The notes under the pieces were generated by a model. It saw only the letters and a program-made list of their open reading frames with translations. It made no database searches and was not told the DNA's origin. The position numbers were made by a program, and so were the translations under genes. From the IMG/VR virus record IMGVR_UViG_3300008119_000006: a DNA stretch of 64,000 bases; one strand, written 5' to 3'. This DNA is from a virus. Positions 20,584-29,509 of the stretch are shown here, piece after piece (the first letter of the stretch is position 1; every line of letters starts with the position of its first letter).

Positions 20584-20868
20584 GTGAACGATTTATTTTA
20601 TAATGTGTTTGGTTGGATAAGTGACGATTGGAAATCAAATAAACTCCGCTTTGTTGTGGAGTTATTGGCATGGGCAATTAGCATTGGTTGTGCTCTCGCA
20701 ATGGCTCTTACAGTACCCAACCCACCGTTACTCATATTATATCCAATTTGGATTCTTGGTTGCGCCATGTATGCTTGGGCTGCTTATACTAGGAAATCAG
20801 TTGGTATGTTGGCTAACTATCTTCTGCTCGTAACTATTGATATTGTCGGCTTAATGAGAATGTTATAA
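20584..20868 (+). CDS. small multi-pass membrane protein
   Basis: Three hydrophobic helices. Confidence 0.6.
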   Translation: MNDLFYNVFGWISDDWKSNKLRFVVELLAWAISIGCALAMALTVPNPPLLILYPIWILGCAMYAWAAYTRKSVGMLANYLLLVTIDIVGLMRML

Positions 20869-20883
20869 TATATTGGAATAATT

Positions 20884-21549
20884 ATGGTAAAAAAAGCAAA
20901 AGTAGTTGGTGAAGTTTCTGAAAACACCAACGAATTAAAAAGTGAGCAAGTACAACTTTACGGCGCCAATTATTTTTGTAGTAGCATCTACTCTTTGATT
21001 GAACCAAAGTTTCTTGATACACTAAGAAAAGTATCTAAACTATATCTTGATGAATCAAAGAAAAAAGTTAAACTAGATAAAACTTTTCCTATTGCTCAAG
21101 GTGACAATATGTTTACTGATCCAAGGATTAGTGACTTTGTTGGTTTTGTGAGTGGTGCTGCACATCAAGTATTGCTCTCGCAAGGTTACAATGTAACCGG
21201 TTTTAAAATGGTATATACTGAAATGTGGGCTCAAGAACACCACACAGGTTCTGGCCACGAAGAACACATTCACGGCATGGGTAATCAAATATCTGGATTT
21301 TATTTCCTTGATACCCCAAAAGATGGACCGAGAGTTGTGTTTCATGATCCAAGACCTGCTAAAGTTTATGCCAATTTACCTGAAATGGATATTACTCAAG
21401 CAACGATTGCAAGCAACATGATAAACTATACGCCTGAACCTGGTTTGATGATTCTAACTAATTCTTGGTTGCCACACACCATTCAAAGAAATCCAAGTAA
21501 ACAACCATTAAGATTAATTCATTTTAATTTGGCCATAACAAACGCATGA
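20884..21549 (+). CDS. putative 2OG-Fe(II) oxygenase (TIGR02466-like)
   Basis: HxH (HIH), SGFYFL, FHDPR, PEPG...SWLPH. Confidence 0.75.
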   Translation: MVKKAKVVGEVSENTNELKSEQVQLYGANYFCSSIYSLIEPKFLDTLRKVSKLYLDESKKKVKLDKTFPIAQGDNMFTDPRISDFVGFVSGAAHQVLLSQGYNVTGFKMVYTEMWAQEHHTGSGHEEHIHGMGNQISGFYFLDTPKDGPRVVFHDPRPAKVYANLPEMDITQATIASNMINYTPEPGLMILTNSWLPHTIQRNPSKQPLRLIHFNLAITNA

Positions 21550-21787
21550 ACAAATATCATATTCGTTTTAACAAATCAAAAGGCCAACCAGGTCGTGGCG
21601 GTAAAGACCATGCGTGGCGTGTATTTGAAAATGGTGATGAGTTTATTTTTAAAAATGTAAAGATTAATGTGCCATCACAATCAGAACGATCCGGCAATGA
21701 ATTTGGTGATGACTGGAATATTGCTTGTGAAGGTTATATGACAATAGATGAAAAAACATCTACTGCAACTATTAATAAGGTGAAGAA

Positions 21788-22378
21788 GTGAATATATTTT
21801 ATCTAGATAATGATCCTGTGAAGTGTGCTCAAATGCACGTTGATAAGCACGTTTGCAAAATGGTAATTGAGTATGCTCAGTTGCTTTCCACAACACATCG
21901 TGTACTTGACGGTGAAGAATACCGTAGACTTTCTGCCAATAACCGTTCAATCAAGGCATGGCGACTACCTGATGGTCGTGAAGAACGCCTCATGAAGCCT
22001 ACAATGATGAACCACCCATCCGCCATATGGTTACGCCAATCTGATAAGAACTATGTATGGTTATACAATATGTGGTGCGAACTACTAAAAGAATTCACCT
22101 ATCGTTATGGCAAAACTCATGCTTGTGCTCGATTAATACCAGACCTTGCGGTACTGCCTACAAATATTCCACATAAACCGTTTACTGGTCCTACACCTGC
22201 TATGCCTGATGAATGTAAAGTACCAGGCAATTCATTACAATCTTACCATAACTATTACAATATGAGCAAAGGTCATTTGTGGTCATGGAAAGGTAAGATA
22301 AATAGTAGGCCAGTACCAAAATGGTTGATTAATATGAGAATGAAGGATTTGCCAGTATGCCGACCTACACCTTTGTAA
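21788..22378 (+). CDS. conserved T4-like protein, pyrimidine-dimer glycosylase-like fold
   Basis: 'MNIFYLD..P..CAQ.H.DKHV.KM..EYAQLLST.H', 'NHPSAIW.R', 'AMPD'. Confidence 0.65.
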   Translation: MNIFYLDNDPVKCAQMHVDKHVCKMVIEYAQLLSTTHRVLDGEEYRRLSANNRSIKAWRLPDGREERLMKPTMMNHPSAIWLRQSDKNYVWLYNMWCELLKEFTYRYGKTHACARLIPDLAVLPTNIPHKPFTGPTPAMPDECKVPGNSLQSYHNYYNMSKGHLWSWKGKINSRPVPKWLINMRMKDLPVCRPTPL

Positions 22379-22635
22379 ATAAAGAAACAAATGAACGTGA
22401 AGAACACCGTATGTCCTATACCGTGTTGGACCAATTCAAGGTCGACAATCCCCAACTAGAACAGCATATCTTTCTTGAAAACTTTCCTGTGTACTCCGAT
22501 GGTAACCGTTTGTCTGTACCAGGTATTGGTAAACCAGAATCGGCGTTTGAGAAGTATGTTATCAACCGTATGAAAGAAACTATTCCTGGTAATACAATGG
22601 GTGGTCATAAAACAAAGACACCTAGAGAATGGTAA
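22357..22635 (+). CDS. FmdB-like protein (Cys-less)
   Basis: 'MPTYTF' start typical of FmdB-like phage proteins. Confidence 0.55.
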   Translation: MPTYTFVNKETNEREEHRMSYTVLDQFKVDNPQLEQHIFLENFPVYSDGNRLSVPGIGKPESAFEKYVINRMKETIPGNTMGGHKTKTPREW

Positions 22636-22746
22636 TCAATAATCTTCCTGTTTTACTCACCTACAAAGGAGTCAAATTTGATAACAAAATTGCCCCCGTA
22701 GTAAAAGCTCAAAACCTATCCGATAACAATAACAATGGGGATTACA

Positions 22747-22896
22747 ATGAGCAAAAAAAGAGGAATGTCCAAACAACAGCGGCTGTATTACGAATATCAA
22801 AACAAGGACAGAGTAAAGCAAGAACTAATTGAATATGTCAAACAAGTAAAAGAGTTTGAAAACCGTAAAGAACCACAATTTAGGTATAGAGAATAA
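22747..22896 (+). CDS. small hypothetical protein (49 aa, MSKKRGMSKQQRLYYEY...)
   Basis: Translated by hand; GGGG purine RBS; stop abuts the next ATG. Confidence 0.5.
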   Translation: MSKKRGMSKQQRLYYEYQNKDRVKQELIEYVKQVKEFENRKEPQFRYRE

Positions 22897-23493
22897 ATGA
22901 TACCCGATATATTATGTGTCAACAATTTCTTTGATGACCCACACAAAATTGTTGAATTGGCCAAAAAACAAAAATATTATCTAACAAAAGATAACCCATC
23001 GATGACCAATCCAAAGTTTGGTTATAGTGGTATAAGAACATTACACATTTCTGATATATTAAGTGAAGAATTGTGTTATGAATTAAATAATAAGATAGTA
23101 TCCAAACTCTTTAAAGACAGCGTACCGTCCAAAATTAAATTACAATCCATATGTTTGTTTCATTGTTTATTTGATACCCATATACCAAATAATTCTTGGG
23201 TACACAAAGACACCTCTTTATATTCTGGTTTAATTTATTTAAATGAAAACTTTGTGGATAAATTTAATAATCATGGAACAAAAATATACAGAAATGGTGA
23301 AGAAACCAACATTAGTTATGAATTCAATAAAATGATATTGTATCGTGGAGATTATTTTCATTCTCCCAATTTTGGTTTTGGCCAAAGCATTGATGATTGT
23401 AGATTAAGCCTTAATTTTTTCATTAATGAAATTAATATTGATATGAAAAATTTGAATCGTGTGAAAGAAAAACATTATGATTACGAAACATGA
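22897..23493 (+). CDS. putative 2OG-Fe(II) oxygenase (DUF6445-like)
   Basis: 'NNFFDDP...GIRT...WVHKD...SGLIYLN...GT...FNKMILY....HS...RL'; HxD...H triad. Confidence 0.7.
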   Translation: MIPDILCVNNFFDDPHKIVELAKKQKYYLTKDNPSMTNPKFGYSGIRTLHISDILSEELCYELNNKIVSKLFKDSVPSKIKLQSICLFHCLFDTHIPNNSWVHKDTSLYSGLIYLNENFVDKFNNHGTKIYRNGEETNISYEFNKMILYRGDYFHSPNFGFGQSIDDCRLSLNFFINEINIDMKNLNRVKEKHYDYET

Positions 23494-24049
23494 GTGGTGG
23501 TCAACTCCCGTTTGGGAAATAGACACTGGTTTAAACTATCTTTTTAATGATAAATTATTGGAAGAATTGAATGGTACGATACCAAAAAATTCACGCACTA
23601 ACCTATGGGAATATTCAACTCCGTGCTTGAATATTTTAAAAGATAAAATATTTGAATCTTTGGATAACACGGTAACTGAATACTTTCCAGACTTTTACCC
23701 TTACAATCCATGTATTATGTTTGGCTGGATTAATGAAAATCTTAAAGGTGTGGGTAACCCACTACATGACCATGGAGGTTCATTATTAACCTGTACTTAC
23801 TATGTTAAATCTCCGGCCGATTGTGGTGATTTGTTATTGGTTGACCCTAGAGGTGGTGTAAATTGGGAATGGTTGGAAGATGGTGGTATTCGTGGCATTA
23901 AATACAAAAGAGTTAAGCCGAAAGAGGGTAAATTGGTGTTATTTCCGGCATATGTTTTACATGAGGTTGAGAAAAATATGTCGGATGACAAAAGGATTAG
24001 TATTACTACAAATATACATAATGGATCAGTATCAAATATTAGTAGATAA
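23477..24049 (+). CDS. putative 2OG-Fe(II) oxygenase (TIGR02466-like)
   Basis: HDH, TYYV, GDLLLVDPR, PKEGKLVLFPAYVLHEV, RISI. Confidence 0.82.
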   Translation: MITKHEWWSTPVWEIDTGLNYLFNDKLLEELNGTIPKNSRTNLWEYSTPCLNILKDKIFESLDNTVTEYFPDFYPYNPCIMFGWINENLKGVGNPLHDHGGSLLTCTYYVKSPADCGDLLLVDPRGGVNWEWLEDGGIRGIKYKRVKPKEGKLVLFPAYVLHEVEKNMSDDKRISITTNIHNGSVSNISR

Positions 24050-24052
24050 ATA
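24045..24052 (+). promoter_or_regulatory. T4 late-promoter-like element
   Basis: GATAAATA (consensus TATAAATA) about 25 nt before the Cys-rich gene. Confidence 0.45.
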
Positions 24053-24076
24053 CCTCATTAATTTAAGGAATTGTAA

Positions 24077-24559
24077 ATGACATTACCAGCCTCGGGACCC
24101 ATAACCATATCCAATATCAATACGGAAATTGGCCAAGCGCCTACTTTTTCCTCATCTTTAAACTTTTTGAATGGGTTATTGAAATCGGCGCCAGCATCTC
24201 CTAATATGGCGGCCTTTTACAGTAAGGCATATTATCAAAGCAACAATGAAGGTAATTGTAACAATGGTAATTGCTCTGAATCTGGCGGTCCAAACGGTAA
24301 TTGTACAAGTAACTGTAATTGTGGGGACACAAATTGTAGCAATTGCTTAATTGCAGGTCCATCAGATTGTTCGAATTGTTCAAATTGTAATGCAATTAAT
24401 TGTGCAAACTGTGATAGCCAACCATTTTTGCAAAATAATTGTAATTGTGCTTGTTCATATAATTGTACACAAAACGCTCCGTCTTATAATTGCACCACCT
24501 CCACCGTAAGTTTTAACTGTGCGTGTGCTTGTTGGATTTGTGCTTGTGCTTGTTGGTAA
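24077..24559 (+). CDS. Cys/Asn-rich protein; putative RiPP-like substrate with tail-adhesin-like N-terminus
   Basis: 60 Cys-free residues starting MTLPASGPITISNINTEIG, then 23 Cys in 100 aa, ending CACACWICACACW; AAGGA RBS. Confidence 0.8.
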   Translation: MTLPASGPITISNINTEIGQAPTFSSSLNFLNGLLKSAPASPNMAAFYSKAYYQSNNEGNCNNGNCSESGGPNGNCTSNCNCGDTNCSNCLIAGPSDCSNCSNCNAINCANCDSQPFLQNNCNCACSYNCTQNAPSYNCTTSTVSFNCACACWICACACW

Positions 24560-24575
24560 ATAAAAAAGGATTATT

Positions 24576-26015
24576 ATGATATTTGAAATATATGCTGAAA
24601 AAAATTCTACTGATGGTAAGAAGTTTTACTATGATAATGTAAATTCAATTTTGAAAGATGAAACTGGTTTTGTTTATGAATATCCAGAAATAAAAAAACC
24701 TAATCTAAAAGAAACTGTACCTTTTTCGAAAGAAAATCCACTTAAAAAATCAAAAAATATTGATTTGATTAAAATTCAATTAGGTTTATCTTGCAATTAC
24801 ACCTGTGACTATTGCAGTCAAAGATTTGTTGAAAGGCCACCAGAAACAAGCAAAAAAGATATTGAAGAATTTATGCGTAAACTGGACGCATTAAACATTA
24901 CTGAAGAATCTGGTTTAAGAGTAGAATTTTGGGGTGGCGAACCATTAGTATATTGGAAAACTTTAAAACCTTTGGCCGAAGCTTTTGCTGAAAGATATAG
25001 CCATTGGAAAAAGAAAGTTAATTTCAGTATGGTAACCAATGGATCACTATTAACAAGAGAGATTTGTTCTTGGATCTACTACATGGGATTTAGTGTTGGC
25101 ATCAGTCACGATGGTCCTGGCCAATATGTTCGTGGTCCTGATCCGTTTGATGACGCTGAGAAGAAAAAGATTATCTTGGAGTTTTATAACATCATGAGGC
25201 CACAAGGCAGAATTAGTTTTAATGCCATGTTGAATAATAAAAATATTGACCGTAAAGCAATTTATGATTTCTTTGCTGAGTTGACTGGTGATCCATCAGT
25301 TCCAATTGGTGAAGGTGGATTCATTGATGCGTATGATGATGCAGCAGTAAATAATTCATTAATTACATTAGACGAACACTTTAATTACAGAAGAAAATCT
25401 TTTGGCGATATTTACGCCTCCCAAGGCAGTATTAATTTTGGTATGGTCTTTACCAAAATTGATAATTTTATTAAAGGCACATTGGCTCATGTTGAAAACA
25501 AATATGTTGGCCAAAAGTGTGGTATGGAAGAACCAACAACAGTTGCACTTGATTTAAAAGGTAATATTGTAACTTGTCAGAACGTTTCTATCGTTGAGAA
25601 TAGTAAGAATGGTGAACCACATTATGGTGGTAATCTAGATGATTATGATAATGTTAGCTTAACATCTGCCACACATTGGATGAATCGTGTGAGTTGTTCG
25701 GATTGTCCAGTTCTACATATCTGTAAAGGTTCTTGTATGTATTTGGACGGAAAACATTGGGATGTAACTTGTGATAATGCTTATTCGGATGCCATTAGTT
25801 TATTTGCTTTGGCATTAGAAAAAATAACAGGTGGTTATATTCCTGTTACGATTAAAGGTGAAGGTTTACCTTTATCACGCCAAGATATTTTTGGAACAGT
25901 ATATAAACATGAAGAAAAACCCACAAGAAAAATTATACCAATTAAAGTTGTTGCAGAAAAAATTGGTGAATTGAATGATGTGGAAATTTATGGAAAATCT
26001 AGAGTAGAGGTATAA
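24576..26015 (+). CDS. radical SAM protein with SPASM domain (peptide/protein maturase type)
   Basis: CNYTCDYC (CxxxCxxC), FWGGEPL, VTNG, ISHDG; C-terminal CG...GNIVTC...CSDCPVLHICKGSC...C. Confidence 0.92.
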   Translation: MIFEIYAEKNSTDGKKFYYDNVNSILKDETGFVYEYPEIKKPNLKETVPFSKENPLKKSKNIDLIKIQLGLSCNYTCDYCSQRFVERPPETSKKDIEEFMRKLDALNITEESGLRVEFWGGEPLVYWKTLKPLAEAFAERYSHWKKKVNFSMVTNGSLLTREICSWIYYMGFSVGISHDGPGQYVRGPDPFDDAEKKKIILEFYNIMRPQGRISFNAMLNNKNIDRKAIYDFFAELTGDPSVPIGEGGFIDAYDDAAVNNSLITLDEHFNYRRKSFGDIYASQGSINFGMVFTKIDNFIKGTLAHVENKYVGQKCGMEEPTTVALDLKGNIVTCQNVSIVENSKNGEPHYGGNLDDYDNVSLTSATHWMNRVSCSDCPVLHICKGSCMYLDGKHWDVTCDNAYSDAISLFALALEKITGGYIPVTIKGEGLPLSRQDIFGTVYKHEEKPTRKIIPIKVVAEKIGELNDVEIYGKSRVEV

Positions 26016-26687
26016 ATGTCGGTAACAATAACACCAAATTTACAAGAAAAAATTGATTTTTTTGATAGTATGGTAAATATCACTAGTGTTGAGATTTATA
26101 ATAATCCAATTGAATACAAACAATTGATTGGTGGTGTTGAGTGTTTTATGTTTAAGTTATTTAAAAATGAACATTTTATTGAATTGGTTATACCAAAAAT
26201 ATTTTGTTCAGAACCTCTTCCACAAGAAGTTATACAAAATAAAAGTCAAATTGATATGTTGATGGAAGGTTATTTTGATAGAAAGTCTTGTACAGATAAT
26301 GATTGTACATTGTGTATCAATACCGATTATTTGGATTCTTTTTATTATTTAAATCCAGAGACCGATATCATTGAACAAATTCATAAGGCCACAGCCATAA
26401 CGGAAATTAGTGTGATACAAGCTCAATTGTTGGAAAAAATTAATGAATTTGAGTTTGTGGAAAATATTAAGTTATATAACAATAGTATCTCAAATTATAT
26501 TGTTATTAATTGTGATATGAAACATTCAAACGATACAAATATCTTTACAAAATATTCAGGTACATTTCCAATTGAAGTTTGTGAAGATGTTGAACAACAC
26601 CCCAATATAGTTGAAAAAATAAAAGAATATTATAATAATACTATGCCAAAAACTTTAGAAGAACACACCAACATTTTACCACTATGA
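26016..26687 (+). CDS. hypothetical protein in modification cassette
   Basis: Abuts the radical SAM stop and overlaps the halogenase start. Confidence 0.65.
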   Translation: MSVTITPNLQEKIDFFDSMVNITSVEIYNNPIEYKQLIGGVECFMFKLFKNEHFIELVIPKIFCSEPLPQEVIQNKSQIDMLMEGYFDRKSCTDNDCTLCINTDYLDSFYYLNPETDIIEQIHKATAITEISVIQAQLLEKINEFEFVENIKLYNNSISNYIVINCDMKHSNDTNIFTKYSGTFPIEVCEDVEQHPNIVEKIKEYYNNTMPKTLEEHTNILPL

Positions 26688-28207
26688 AATATACAATTAT
26701 TGGTGGAGGTACGGCAGGATGGTTAACAGCTCTTTATGTTAGACATATTTGTCCAAAAGATGAAGTGGTTGTAGTTGCAAGTAGTGAGATAGGAATATTG
26801 GGTGCAGGCGAAGGTACTACACCACAATTCGTTGAACTGATGAACGAAATGAATATTCCAATCTCTGATATCATTAAAAACGCCAAAGGTACATTTAAAA
26901 ACGGTATTAAATTTACTAATTGGAATGGAGATGGTAGCCATTATTATCACGGGTTTCAAGATTACTTTAAGAATACCGATGAGCGAGCAAATGCCGATTT
27001 TAAACCATACTACTTGAATAAGATTTCATCTGGCGATTCATTCAATGATATCAATCTAACATCATATATTTCAGAAAAAAATCAAGTAAAAATACACAAA
27101 GAAAATTACGAATCATACGGAGCATATGCGTTACATTTTGATGCCAATCTATTGGCAAAACATTTACAGTCCGTTGGTCTAAAAAGAAATATTAAATTAA
27201 TTGATGATGAAGTAATTTCTATTAATAATGATTCTGAAGGTTTTATTAAAAGTTTTGATTTAAAATCACAAGGATTAATGACAACCGATTTTGTGTTCGA
27301 TTGCACAGGATTTAAAAGATTAATTATTGGTCAACATTATGGTTCTAAATGGAAATCATACAAAGAGCATTTACCATTGAACCGAGCACTTCCTTTTTTC
27401 ATTGATAATGATGGCGAAGAATTGCCACCATATACAGAATCAATTGCAATGAAACATGGATGGGTGTGGAAAATTCCCGTGCAAGGTCGTCATGGGTGTG
27501 GTTATGTTTTCGATTCTAATTTTGTTTCAGATGAAGATATTATTAAAGAATTAGAAGAATATTTTGGCCACAAAATAACAAGCCCAAGAGCATTTAATTT
27601 TGATCCCGGTTGTTTTGAGGAGGTTTGTGTAAAAAATTGTGTTGCTATGGGTTTAAGTTCGAGCTTTGTTGAACCTCTAGAAGCAACAAGCATATGGGTA
27701 ACTATTCTAATGTTAAAGAGTTGGGGAAACAACAAAGAAAAAATATTAGAAAAAGACTTAAATATAATTAAAGACTTTAATGATTCTATGAAACGGACAA
27801 ATTTAGATGTTTTAAATTTTATACACTTCCACTATAAAACAAAGAGAAACGATAGTGAATTTTGGATAAATTTTTCTACAAAAAATAAAATTCTACCATT
27901 TATTGAAGATTTAAATTTAATAATAAAAGATAATATAATTGAAAAACACAATTTAACCTATCTAAATGATTTGGAAACAAACAGAATCAATCCAAGCATA
28001 AAACATATACCAATGTTTTCAGAAAGTAGTTGGTTACAAGTTGGATCTGGTATAAAGTATTATAGTTCTGAGATGGCTAAAAAAATATTAAACCGAGATT
28101 TTAAAGATTTTACAAAAACTGAAAATGATTTGACCGAATTATTTGAGTTAGAAAGTAGTTTTATGTTTCACCATAATGATTATATTGAGGAACTTAAAAA
28201 TACATAA
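26684..28207 (+). CDS. flavin-dependent tryptophan halogenase-family protein
   Basis: GGGTAG, GAGEGT, GTFKNGIKF (position of catalytic Lys), WVWKIP (WxWxIP), FVEPLEATS. Confidence 0.9.
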   Translation: MKYTIIGGGTAGWLTALYVRHICPKDEVVVVASSEIGILGAGEGTTPQFVELMNEMNIPISDIIKNAKGTFKNGIKFTNWNGDGSHYYHGFQDYFKNTDERANADFKPYYLNKISSGDSFNDINLTSYISEKNQVKIHKENYESYGAYALHFDANLLAKHLQSVGLKRNIKLIDDEVISINNDSEGFIKSFDLKSQGLMTTDFVFDCTGFKRLIIGQHYGSKWKSYKEHLPLNRALPFFIDNDGEELPPYTESIAMKHGWVWKIPVQGRHGCGYVFDSNFVSDEDIIKELEEYFGHKITSPRAFNFDPGCFEEVCVKNCVAMGLSSSFVEPLEATSIWVTILMLKSWGNNKEKILEKDLNIIKDFNDSMKRTNLDVLNFIHFHYKTKRNDSEFWINFSTKNKILPFIEDLNLIIKDNIIEKHNLTYLNDLETNRINPSIKHIPMFSESSWLQVGSGIKYYSSEMAKKILNRDFKDFTKTENDLTELFELESSFMFHHNDYIEELKNT

Positions 28208-28863
28208 TGATTATTGAAAATGTTTTTGATAGTACAATCGTAAGAATACAATGTCAAAATGAAGAACTTTATCGTAATGAAGATTTAACAAAAAGTGTTG
28301 ACCACGTTTTGAATATGCCTACGGTGAAAAACAGAAAACGAAATGACAAAGGCGATTCACATAAGGGTAACGGTTTAACTTCTGTTGGTCAGTCATACTT
28401 AGATTTAATTCACTTACCTGGTGCTTCAAACTTAACCAATTGGATTACAGAACAATTTCTTTTGGTACACAAACAATTAGGTGTTGACAAAGAAGTAAAA
28501 TCGGTGTATTATAAAAGAAGTTGGGCAAATAGACTATTTCGTGATGGCCAAGGATTATGCCATAATCATGTTAAACTGGATGAGTATATGTCTGAAATGA
28601 CCCAATACTCACCAGAGAATTTTAGACCAGATGCCGTTGGAATTTTTTATGTTGATGTACCAGAAGGCAGTTCAGATTTAGTTTTTATACGCAACGGTAA
28701 AGCAGATACATATATTCATGAATATGATGAATGTGATAGGTACTATTTAAAACCAAAACAAGGAGAATTAGTAATACATTCACCAGAAGTATATCATGCT
28801 GTTAGTGTCCATAATAGTGATTTGCCTCGTAATGTATTTGTATTCGATATAGATTATGTTTAA
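28207..28863 (+). CDS. putative 2OG-Fe(II) oxygenase (TIGR02466-like)
   Basis: SWAN, HNH, GIFYV, PKQGELVI...YHAV, RNVFVF. Confidence 0.75.
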   Translation: MIIENVFDSTIVRIQCQNEELYRNEDLTKSVDHVLNMPTVKNRKRNDKGDSHKGNGLTSVGQSYLDLIHLPGASNLTNWITEQFLLVHKQLGVDKEVKSVYYKRSWANRLFRDGQGLCHNHVKLDEYMSEMTQYSPENFRPDAVGIFYVDVPEGSSDLVFIRNGKADTYIHEYDECDRYYLKPKQGELVIHSPEVYHAVSVHNSDLPRNVFVFDIDYV

Positions 28864-29509
28864 TTATTGTCCACCAAAAGTCCTTGCTGACTTAAAATCT
28901 GAAACCTTTCCTGATGGAAAGCGTTACTATACACTAGAAGATGGTACCAAATTACCTTCTGTAACTACTGTGCTTGGTGCCCAAAAGAAACAGGCCATTA
29001 TGGAGTGGCGTAAGAGAGTTGGTGAAGAAGAAGCCAATCGTGTATCAAAGAAGGCAACTAGTCGTGGTACCAATGTTCACACACTCTGTGAACGATATCT
29101 CAATAATGAATCATTGGGTGATATTATGCCTGATGCCAAAGAAATGTTTGTATCATTGAAACCATTACTTAATCGAATCGACAATATTCATTACCAAGAG
29201 TGTGCCTTATGGTCCAAACAATTAGAAATGGCAGGTCGTGTAGACTGTATTGGTGAATTCGATGGTGAACTATCTGTAATTGATTTTAAAACATCCAAGA
29301 AGATTAAATCAAGCGCAAACATTGAAGATTACTATTGGCAAACAGCTGCATACGCTTTGATGTATGAAGAAATGATTGGTACACCTATAAATAATCTTGT
29401 AATTATAATGGCGGTAGAAAATGAACAACCGTTGTTATTTAAACAACGGACACAAGACCATATTCCTGGTTTGGTGAAGGCGATTAAATTTTACAAGGAA
29501 CAAAGATGA
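28856..29509 (+). CDS. PD-(D/E)XK exonuclease
   Basis: PSVTTVL, RGTNVH, AGRVDC, IDFKTS, QTAAYA. Confidence 0.88.
   Translation: MFNYCPPKVLADLKSETFPDGKRYYTLEDGTKLPSVTTVLGAQKKQAIMEWRKRVGEEEANRVSKKATSRGTNVHTLCERYLNNESLGDIMPDAKEMFVSLKPLLNRIDNIHYQECALWSKQLEMAGRVDCIGEFDGELSVIDFKTSKKIKSSANIEDYYWQTAAYALMYEEMIGTPINNLVIIMAVENEQPLLFKQRTQDHIPGLVKAIKFYKEQR

Noticed and set aside
22629-22832. 67-aa ORF in the supplied track
   Set aside because: An overlapping ORF at 22747-22896 has a better RBS and abuts the next gene; the choice is tentative.
24077-24559. Plain metallothionein interpretation
   Set aside because: Not excluded, but Asn-Cys periodicity, aromatic residues, a 60-aa Cys-free N-domain and the adjacent SPASM enzyme fit a modified substrate better.
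28856-29509. Possible Cas4 / CRISPR association
   Set aside because: No Fe-S Cys motif, no other cas genes and no repeat-spacer array seen; it is the usual T4-like exonuclease.
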